Origin: Zygophlyctis sp. KS116
Lineage: Eukaryota; Fungi; Chytridiomycota
Direction of reading: 5' to 3'
Assembly: GCA_054661495.1 (NCBI GenBank)
Contig: BAAFSQ010000314.1
Location: 1-11,004, forward strand
Length of the DNA: 11,004 nt
Position 1 is the stretch's first letter; each line of letters begins with the position of its first letter. Below are positions 1 to 9,282 of the stretch, in pieces. A program made the translations under genes and the position numbers. The notes under the pieces were generated by a model. It searched no databases. It was given only the letters and a program-made list of their open reading frames with translations, and was not told the origin of the DNA.

Positions 1-775
1 GTTTGCAGACACTGTAAATATTATTCTAATTGATATTAAGTGTTTTGTCATATAACGACCTCACTGGATCAATTCCAATAGCGATTGGAAATTTGACAGA
101 ATTATATGGACTGTATTTATTTTTTAAATTAAAATTAAAGTTACATTTTCAAAAATCCTGGTCTTAATGGATTTGTTACTCCACAATGTAAGGTGAAAGT
201 GTAATGTTGCTTTATTTTTGATGAATAGAGTTGCCTTCAATACTTCAGTTACAATATGTGGCTGTTCAGCTAAACGTTCTCCAGCAGGCAGGGTTCCTCC
301 TTTCAATACTACTACCCTTGCATGTCTCCAATCTAACGGCGATGGAGAACAATCCTCAATTTCTTATAGCTATGGTGTTCATCAGTTTACTTGCACTACT
401 GATACACGTGGTAATCCTAACCAAGATTGTTTGAATGCTATGGTTGCTCTATGCAGCCCGCAATCTCCCGCTAAAAATTCTACACAATGCATGGATTTGG
501 TACAAAAATTTGCTCAACAATCCAAAGTCTCAAATATTCTGTACTGGTATAATTATTCTAAAGCGTGTTTGCTTTCTGGTAGAAATGGGATAAATTCAGA
601 CGGATGTGTTCAGGCAGCGAAAAACTTACGTGAAAGCGCTTACCTCGATGTGGAAACTTTCGGTTACGGGGGTTTTGAGGGAGTGATGGGAATAAACTCT
701 GAAATCCTATCTACAGGATACATCACTCAGGCCATCACGGATGGTATTAAAGATTTGATTCGGAACAACAATTAG
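1..775 (+). CDS. Plant-type (24-aa) leucine-rich-repeat protein with C-terminal Cys-rich domain; 5'-partial. Exons <1-13, 41-112, 141-200, 229-775
   Basis: Removing GT-AG introns 14-40 (27 nt), 113-140 (28) and 201-228 (28) gives ...LQTL-VLSYNDLTGSIPIAIGNLTELYGL-YIFKNPGLNGFVTPQCKVKV-VAFNTSVTICGC..., in frame with track ORF 218-775 (stop TAG). It matches the plant LRR consensus LxxLxLxxNxLxGxIPxxLGxLxx, followed by an N-x(n)-CG cap. AATAAA lies at 815-820. Confidence 0.88.
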
Positions 776-814
776 TCACATCATTTGAATGCGATGCTTA
801 AGTCATTTGATTGA

Positions 815-820
815 AATAAA
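815..820 (+). terminator. Candidate polyadenylation signal of the LRR gene
   Basis: AATAAA 40 nt after the TAG stop, followed by a T/GT-rich tract. Weak evidence in AT-rich DNA. Confidence 0.4.
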
Positions 821-869
821 TAATTGTTTTGGGAAATATGAATGTCTGACCATTTACTTAAAATTAACA

Positions 870-1220
870 TCTGGTTTTGTTTCCGTTGAGTAGTATTGGC
901 GATCGGCTCAGTGGAAGTAGTTATTCAAAAGTTTAGTAATACCTAGGTAGCCAGTTTCCTCCCAATACAAATCTCATTAAATCCAAATGTCAAGTTATTC
1001 CAAACGATCCATGAGCCATTTTAATCTTGAACGGAAGAGAAAGGCAAGAAGAAAATACACAGAAAAGAAGTCCCAGGAAAAAAAGGAAATTGGTATTTAT
1101 AATTTATAATCTTATTTCAATGAAAGGAAATGGATGATGCAAGAACTGCTTTACACAGACTTTAAACAGCATATGTAAGAAAAATAATTTTATTTAACGC
1201 AAATAGCCGCAAACTATTAA
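870..1220 (+). pseudogene. Possible cryptic spliced gene relic or small ORF
   Basis: Intron-like segments at 917-946, 1093-1126 and 1175-1206 (GTAAGA...TTAAC...TAG) separate exon-like blocks. No stop-free long frame and no recognised family. Confidence 0.3.
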
Positions 1221-1234
1221 TTAAACTTTTTAGT

Positions 1235-2393
1235 TCATGAGAGATCCATAGTATTGGAATCACTCGTATCTTGAAATTCCTCTTCATCCGATAATTCACC
1301 AACGTTTTTCAGATTGAAATTTACATTTACATCATCCCCCTCCTCAAAATCATAAAATTCAACCGAAGATTCAAAAACAGATTGAATTCCTTTCAGCATA
1401 GTCGTAGATTCAGTTGCTAAAGTAAGCACTTTTTGAGCTTCTTCCATTCCTTGAGGAACATTTGAAGAATTTTCTTTTTCAGATTTTTCAGATCCTGTAA
1501 AACGAGTATTTATAGATGCCTTCAATTTAAAAAATTCTCTATAATTACCCATCTACTAGGAAGACTTAGAATAAATCCCTTTACAGAATTTCTAGCTTCT
1601 CCTGGAAGACAAACAGCAGCATATTTTCCAACAACTTCTACAACTTTTTTCAAGATTTCTGCAACTTGCCTTTTCATTGTTGCCAAGAGTGTTTTTAAAT
1701 CATCATTTGCAGGAACTATAGTATCAGAAATTTCTAAACCTAGAGAATTAGATAAATGTGAGCCCAATGAAACACCAATTTTTGCTAAAAATCTTAATAA
1801 ATGAGTAATTTGACCATCAATTATCTGAGTTGCATGCTAATATATTAGATTTTTATAAATTTTACTTGTAACCATTGCATACAATAACGTATACCTCTAG
1901 CCATATCCTCTGTTAGAATCATACTCCCCATTTTGGAGCCAACGACTTGATGCCATTTCTTTGAAGCCTTTGGTTTGTCTTCCATGTCCTGATTAATTTG
2001 ATTTTGTCTATCAACTTGTTTATTTTCAGCAATCCTCCTTCTAACTTGATTTGTAGGAGCAAATCCTAGTCGGTCCAACTGATTACAAGCAAACCTATCA
2101 AGCGGTGCCAATGCCGGTTCTAGAGTGACAAGTACAGGTTTTAAGAGTGATTCAGCAGATTCAGCAGAATACTTTACAACTCTAATAGTTTTTGATTTTT
2201 CATAGACATTTCCTAGAGAGTTTATGATTGGTAAAGTTGCCATTCTCTCCATCAAATTTGGGGATTCCGGAGAGTCACAGAGCAAGTCATTAATTGAAAT
2301 CTTTTTTTCTGAACTGTCGAGGTCAATACTAGTCTTGTAAACATTATCTTCAACCCCATTATTAACAATTTCAGCATTTGAATTTCCCAACAT
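1235..2393 (-). CDS. OPI1: Opi1-family transcriptional repressor of phospholipid biosynthesis, ~366 aa. Exons 2393-1866, 1836-1549, 1519-1235
   Basis: Two 29-nt phase-0 introns (1865-1837, 1548-1520) join three track ORFs. Opi1-family motifs: LPIINS..VYEKSK..VKYSAE..E, LDRFACNQLDRL, IRYCMQWLQ/HATQIIDGQI, KKVVEVVGKYAAVCLPGEARNSVKGFILSLPSRW, KVLTLATES..ML. The first in-frame ATG is at 2393. Confidence 0.88.
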
Positions 2394-2550
2394 GTCAAAA
2401 GTAACAAACAATAGATTCCACGTGCAAAATGGAAGAAAACTACACCGCAGACTCACGCCAGCAACGAGACCACCGCAGTCTCATGCCACCGACCATACCA
2501 TGACCCGTGCAAACTTTGAACCTAGGAATCAAAATCTGATTTGTATCTGA
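2394..2550. promoter_or_regulatory. 157-bp bidirectional promoter region between OPI1 and CYM1
   Basis: Head-to-head ATGs at 2393 (-) and 2551 (+). The core at 2440-2510 is locally GC-rich, with a CACGTG E-box at 2419-2424. Confidence 0.7.
2443..2488. repeat. Imperfect 18-bp direct repeat, two copies with a 28-bp period
   Basis: CACCGCAGACTCACGCCA (2443-2460) and CACCGCAGTCTCATGCCA (2471-2488), 16/18 identical. Confidence 0.8.
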
Positions 2551-5500
2551 ATGAAACTCAATCAGCTACACATAAAAGAATTGAAGTTGGATGCTTCAAT
2601 TTTAAAACATTCTTCAAATGCTACAATTCTTTTAGCAATCAAGGATGATTTAAATTCTGCATTCAAGTAATTTTTATACTATTTAAATACAGTGTTACAG
2701 TGAAAACTACTCCTAGAAATTCCAGCGGTGAACCGCATATTCTAGAACATTTAGCATTATGTGGATCTGAGAAATATCCAGTTAGAGATCCGTTTTTTAA
2801 AATGTTGAATAGATCATTAGCAACTTTTATGAATGCAATGACGGCACATTCTTATACAATGTATCCTTTTTCTTCAGAAAATAATGTGGATTTTCATAAT
2901 CTCATGTCGGTATATATGGATGCAGTCTTTAAACCAAGACTTAATGAACAAGATTTTAGACAAGAAGGATGGAGATTAGAAGGGAAAAATCCAAAAGGTT
3001 TAGATTTTATTTAATCAGGTAGATAAGGACTCTCCGATTGAATTTAAAGGAGTTGTGTACAATGAAATGAAAGGGGCTCTGGTAAGCTTCAGATTAAGGT
3101 TAAATTGAAAGAGTGATGTGAATTCTTTATACTATACTAGATTTGAACAAGTTTTGTTTCCTGGAACAAGTACAGATTATGTAAGTGGAGGAGATCCACC
3201 GTAAGATTATAGAGAAAATTAAATTTAATAGGTTTATAACAGATTTACGACATGATCAATTAATTGAATTTCATAGAAATAATTATCATCCTAGTAAGGC
3301 TTTGTTTTATCTTTATGGTAATTTATTTTTTTATAATAAAAGGGAATGAAAGAAATGTCATGTCACATTTAGAAACTCTAAATGGATATCTAGATGATTA
3401 CTCAACTTTACCAATTATTGATTCAATAGAGGTAAAGGATAAGATTGATATGTCTTATATTCCCAAGAATAGACGTGTTTTTGTGCCTGGTCCAAAGGAT
3501 CCAAGAAATGCTTCTTTAGAGAATCAATATAGAGCAAGTTTGACATTTTATACTTGTAATAATACGGTAAATCTTTATGATTTGAAGTTTAGGATATTTT
3601 TGAATGTTTTGCTTTAAAAGTTTTAGTGAACCTGTTGATTGATGGTGCCGGTTCCCCAATGTATAAGGCGTTAATAGAATCACATTTTGGAACAGAGTAC
3701 ACTGTCAATACGGGTTTTGATGATTCAACATTGTAAATTGTTTTTAATAATATGAAAGTATATCTACAATCTCTTTTGGTATACAGGGGATTAAGCCTGA
3801 AGATGTTGACAAGGTATTTTTAGACTTCAATGTTTAAATTTTAGCTGGAAGAAATCATAAAATCAGTTTTGGAAAATGTGTCGTTAGAAGGCTTCAGTAA
3901 AACGCGGATAGAAAATGTCATTCATCAAACTGAATTATCCCTAAAACATGTATTATATACCTTTATTTAATACTTAGAGAAAATCAAATTTTGGGCTAAA
4001 CTTGGGATTGAATCTTTCCAGCCAATGGGCTAAAGGAAATGATTTATTAGAGTCTATAAATATCCCAAAGGTAATTGCATAACTCAATCTAAAAACAGCT
4101 CATAACTTATATTAAACAGAGAGCTTTTATTCCAGGATTTTTCGAGAATTTAATTCGCCAGTATTTTTTGCAGAACCCAGCACAACTTTTCTTCGCAATG
4201 ATCCCTGATAATGAATTCAGCAATCGCCTGGCTACAGAGGAAGTTGATAGATTGGCTGAAAAAATAAAAGAATTAACGCCATCAGATAAAGATGATATAC
4301 ATCGCAAGGGATTAGAACTTATTTCAAAGCAAGAATTTAAAGAAGACTTATCAATTTTGCCTTCTTTGAATATTTCGGATATAGATAGAAGCAATAAAAC
4401 CTTCCCTGTGATCGTTGAACAGAATTCTGCCCAAAATACTTTCTTTCGATTAACTTCAACAAATGGGGTATCATATTTTAAAGTTGGGTTATCAATTGAT
4501 CATATACCAGAATATTTGCGTCCTTATTTGCCACTGTTCTGCAATGTATTCTCTTTAAACTGATATAACATTAGTCGCTAACCTCATTAGATACCAATGT
4601 ATCGCCTCTTGACAAGTTGGATGAGCGAATACGGAAATGTACTGGCGGTATATCGGCGTTCCTTAATTGTTCCGCTGATACAGATAATTTAGGTGAAGTC
4701 TCACAGATGTTGGTTATCTCATCAAACTGCTTAGACGCAAATATCCCAAAAATGTATGATGTGATCGCTGAGGTTCTTAACGAAACTAATTGGAACGATT
4801 TATCACATCTAAAATCCGTGATTGCCAGCTCTTCTACTGAGTTGATGAACTCTTTGGCACAATCAGGTCACGGTTATGCAATGCGCGCTTCATCATCTCT
4901 TCAATCCTTGAGCCAGCATTATAGCGAAATTTACAGTGGAATAGCTCAAGTTAAATTTATGGGTCATCTACATTCTAATATTGACAGTATTTTGTCCGAA
5001 ACTAGCGATCGTCTTCGAGAAATATCGCTCTTGCTTAAAAATTCTGCATTAAAGTTCTCTGTCAATACCGAAGCTGCTATGCAAAATTCCCATAGATATC
5101 AAATCAGTAGATTTTCTGGCTGCTTAGATATCTGTCCGACAATAACTGAAAAGTCCAAGTCAAAATTTGAACCGATAAGTAAGTCGATTCAAAAGTTCTT
5201 CTCTGTTCCTTTTTCGGTTTTTTATACCGGGAAAAGTTACCGATGCGTTCCATACAACCATTCAGACGGTCCTGCACTTCAGACTTTAGCACATCTAATG
5301 ACAAACAAGTATCTTCACCTTGAAATTAGGGAGAAGGGGGGTGCTTATGGCGGACGAGCAATTTATAATCCTCTATGTGGTACATTTGAAATGATGTCTT
5401 ATAGAGACCCTCAAGTATTCAGAACTGTGGAGACTTATAATTATGCTGTTGAATGGTCTCATAACATTTCAAAGAATTTGAATTTATCAGATTTAAATGA

Positions 5501-5807
5501 AGCAAAATTAAATATCTTCCAGGTAGGATCATCTTCATGCTGATCAATAGAAACTTGACGTTCCAGTTGACGCCTCTTCTGAAGGATCTTATAAATTTTA
5601 TTCAAATTTAACGGATGATGAGAGACAAAGGTAAATGATTTTTTCTCAATTCGTAGACGACGTGATCGAATTTTTCAGGTATCTTTAGGTGAAATTGCCT
5701 CTGTTGCAAAGAAATATTTCGAATCTCCCTCATCAGTTGCTGTTATAGGAGATTCGGCAAAGTTTGATAGCTCGATGTTGAAAGATTGGGATATCATAAA
5801 GCTTTAA
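2551..5807 (+). CDS. CYM1: Presequence protease (PreP/Cym1/PITRM1), peptidase M16C, ~965 aa, 14 exons: 2551-2666, 2693-2997, 3023-3081, 3112-3200, 3232-3317, 3343-3566, 3593-3732, 3759-3813, 3845-3949, 3978-4070, 4099-4545, 4575-5522, 5551-5630, 5657-5807
   Basis: Inverted zinc motif HILEH (2736-2750) in [37 protein letters not shown]; also [64 protein letters not shown]. Thirteen GT-AG introns of 25-31 nt leave 2898 nt (966 codons) with no internal stop. Confidence 0.95.
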
Positions 5808-5855
5808 GCGCTGATATGTTTCAATGGAATTTTCCGGGACAAGGAAAATTATTTC

Positions 5856-8800
5856 ATGGAGGAGCCTAGAGAGCCTTATGATTTGCCATTTAATAAAGGA
5901 CCTTTAAACAATGCTCATCATGAAAAATCCACATTTCTCAGTATTCCATTTAAACGGAATTCTTTCCTAAAAAGTTCGCTAGCAGATCAAATAAAGGAAT
6001 TCTTTGCCAAATCAACCATCGAAAATGATCATATTATAGATTTTAAGAAAGAGCTGATGCCATTCATTACAACTTCTGATCCTAACGTCGACATTACTGA
6101 TTCATTAAAACAATTCTTAAATCATGTTGAATTATTGCTACCGACAGAAAATCAGTGGCACCAATTAAGAAAGTTAAGAATTCATGCAGGATATCCAGAA
6201 GCCTCAGAGTCTGGATTGGATAAAATATCATTATATTATTCACGACTTTTAAATCTAGAAAATGTGCTTCCTTTTGCTTGTCAAGAGGTAATTTATCAAA
6301 TGGTCATCATCTAGATTGATCTGATTTTTGAATGGAGTGAAGCTTTTGATCAAGATCGAAAAATAATTACAAAATGTATTCATTATGAAAAAGCAAGTGT
6401 TTTATTTAATGCGGCATGTATACTGTCCTTTGAAGGTGCTAATCAGCGTCTTTGGGGAGAAGGGGGAAAGCAGCAAGCTGCAAATTTCTTTCAGGTATGA
6501 TTTATTAGGGAATGTAATATAAAGAGAGCCGCAGGTATCTTTTTATATATTAGAGATCATTTAACAAAACAAATATCTATTTGTATTTCTCCTTCGAGTG
6601 ATCTGTATGAAAAGAGCTTGACCGGTTTTGCCAGTTTGATGCTAGCTCAAGCTAGCGAATGTTTTTACGAGAAATGTGTACAAGGTAAATAAATGAATGA
6701 TCAGTTGATAAAAATAGATAAACTTTCTAGTCCTGTTATTTCAAAAATTTCAGCGCAGACTAGTGATTTTTATGCAGCGTGTTTGCGAAGTTTGAAATCT
6801 GATTTGTCCTATATTGATAGCAGATGTCCTAGAGTAACTTCCATTTCTCTAATTCTAGGAGTGGATTCAACAGGTTAAATGTAAATGGAGACTTTATGAT
6901 GGAATTTCCCATTTCCATTCTGAAAATACAGCAGAGGCCGATTCAGCAGTCTCCCATAGAGCTTCTAGATTGAAAATTGCAAATGATCTAGTAATGCAAG
7001 CATACTCGCATGCAATACAAGTCGGAAAAGAGCTGGAAGATCTTGTCAAGGTATATTATTTTTCGTATATTAATCTTAGTCTCAAACTTCAGGGATTATT
7101 GACGCTCATAATTTTACTGAAGAGTCAAATTTCGAAAACTTTAATCAGCACAGAGTTGACTCAAAACTATTGAGTCCTGTTTCAAGACCTACATCGGCTT
7201 TAGTGAATCCAATCAACGCTTTTGAGACTTTGAAAGACCCGACCGAGTTCTCGGACATGTTCCATGCATTGGCTTCGCCTAAAGCGAGACAAGATGCTAT
7301 CAAGCTTATTCAAGAATATGAAATATTTGTGAAAGATGCTCCTCAAATAATGAATCTTATTGAATCAGAGATAGAAAAGTGAGATTATTTTGCGGATTAA
7401 AATACTTAGATTGTTCAATTGTCAAGGTCAACTAAAAGAAACCAATTTCGAAAAATTATTAGAAGAAAATCAGAAATCAGGAAAAAAGCTGTTGGATGTA
7501 TTATCTCTGATACAAGCAGAGGAAAATATCATTAAATGTGAAGATATTTTACAGAGTCTTGAAAATACTTTGAAGACAAATGATGATGTACGTAAAACTG
7601 CTAAACTTAAATATAGCCAAAGGATTTTCCAAAAATTCAAAAGATCAAAAAAGAGTTTTTAGAACTTAAACAGATATATAACGAAAAATGCTCTGATTTC
7701 TCTCCTTTAGAGTGGAATAAGGTAAGCAATTTAGAGTTTATTATACAAAGGAAAAAATTACACAAGTTTTGGCGCCTGGGATACTTGATAATGATTTAGA
7801 GAAGTTGACAAACGATTCTAATATCCAAAATTTAAAAGAACAATGCCAAAATGTCAAAAATATTGTTCAGAATATAGAGCTTAATATGAGTAATCTTTTA
7901 AACAAATTTTAAATGCAATTAGATCAAATTATTAGTATAAATAAAGATTCAGAGCATGCAATTGATAGAGGTAGAAAGTTGCTCTTTGAACTGAAAATAT
8001 CTCTGAAAACCATTATACAGAATAAAAATAACATTTTTGTTCAATACAAGGTTGGATAAAATTACTGATAGTTATTAGAATTTTGTCAATATATTCAAAG
8101 ATCAGCAAAAATCAACTGAAATTATAGAAGGATTCTTACGTACCATTGATATATTCACTGATATTAGAAGAAATGCGGAACATATGTTGGAAGTAAGAAT
8201 TTCCCGTTTAATATTTAGAAAATCACTGTCGAAAGTCCAAAATCTTTGCATCTGAATTCGATTGATCACGCTTTCAAAACTAAATCACTTTTAAATATCT
8301 TGAATCCTGGGAAGGACAATTGTGCCGTGAAAATCGCGGAAATTAACAGAAATGAATCGCTCAAACTCTTATCAGAATGGGAAAAAAAAGTTTCATCCCC
8401 TGATCTCAATGAATTTTATCTGCATTCATTTTTGTACGATAGACCGCATTTTCAAAAGAATGATCCATCATACCTCAAGCTCATTGAATCAACAGAACCA
8501 AGAAATGAACAAAATTTGGCTGCACCAAAGCTCTTTTCAATGGCTTCAGTAGGGGACATGAAGCGCAAGCTTTTGAAAGAAAATGGGAAATTAATGGATC
8601 GATTCATATCAACAAGCTCTTTATTTTCCAATAAAGGAGCGCAGATCTCTGAGGGATTAGAGGATAAAAGGAGTGAATCGAAATTGGATAAGGTTAGTAT
8701 TCAGGAATGGATAAAAAGCCAGCAAAAGGACAAGATTTCTTCAGATATAACATATCCACTCGAACAACAACAGATTTCAATGCAAAATATCGTGAATGAT

Positions 8801-9229
8801 GCCGCGGATCCATCGGGAATGATATATATGGCTTCTATAGCGGCAGCGGCAGCTACTTCAGCTGGACTAGCATCAGTGCAGCACAAAGTTTCGTTTAAAG
8901 AACATAATCAGATGGATGATATTTCTCGAATGAAATCACTGCATAAATCAAAACTTAAGGCCGTTCGTTCTCGTCGAAAAGACATATCAAGAGAAGATAG
9001 CCCTAGTGCATGCATTCCTGACTTAAGCGCTCCAAAAAAGAGCTTTGCAAGTTTAATATCTGATGATGATCAACTCTCATCATCTGCAACACGAGTAAAC
9101 GGTCAAAGTAAGAATTTTAAAAAAATTGGAGAGAAATCAAAAATGAAAAACATTCTTTCTCAAATACAATATGAAAATAATCAAATGGCACATCTCTTAA
9201 GCTCTAAAATACAACATAAGGGCGATTAA
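5856..9229 (+). CDS. BRO1-domain protein (Bro1/Rim20-PalA/ALIX superfamily, ESCRT-III associated), divergent, ~1017 aa, 12 exons: 5856-6287, 6315-6494, 6525-6684, 6718-6833, 6859-7050, 7080-7378, 7410-7587, 7617-7721, 7751-7889, 7923-8050, 8079-8192, 8219-9229
   Basis: BRO1 motifs after splicing: FLSIPFKR, LYYSRL, FEWSEAF, HYEKASVLFNAA, AANFFQRAAGIF, LMLAQASECFYEK, ISKISAQTSDFY. Eleven GT-AG introns of 25-33 nt leave 3054 nt (1018 codons) open. The N-terminal domain call is strong. Exons after ~7400 rest on frame continuity and splice signals only, and the orthogroup is unresolved. Confidence 0.82.
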
Positions 9230-9282
9230 TAGATCCATATTTATAATGATTTGTTAGTTTTAAGTGAAAACTTACAGGCCCC

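Noticed and set aside
124-434. Track ORFs 124-306 (-) and 231-434 (+)
   Set aside because: Antisense and alternative-frame shadows of the LRR gene, with no motifs.
2394-2456. Track's extended OPI1 N-terminus (MSLRCSF...)
   Set aside because: It starts at a GTG inside the promoter repeat; the first ATG is at 2393.
2443-2488. Repeat-spacer-repeat read as a CRISPR array or transposon end
   Set aside because: Only two imperfect 18-bp copies with a 10-bp gap, in a eukaryotic context, with no cas or transposase gene.
4107-5304. Minus-strand ORFs 4107-4394 and 5104-5304
   Set aside because: Antisense to well-supported CYM1 exons.
8352-8886. ORFs 8352-8552 (+) and 8701-8886 (-)
   Set aside because: Alternative-frame and antisense overlaps of the last BRO1-gene exon, with no independent evidence.
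2551-9229. Fragmented ORFs read as pseudogenes, frameshifting or stop-codon reassignment
   Set aside because: Every interruption is removed by a 25-33-nt GT-AG intron, and TAA, TAG and TGA are each used as normal terminators in this window.
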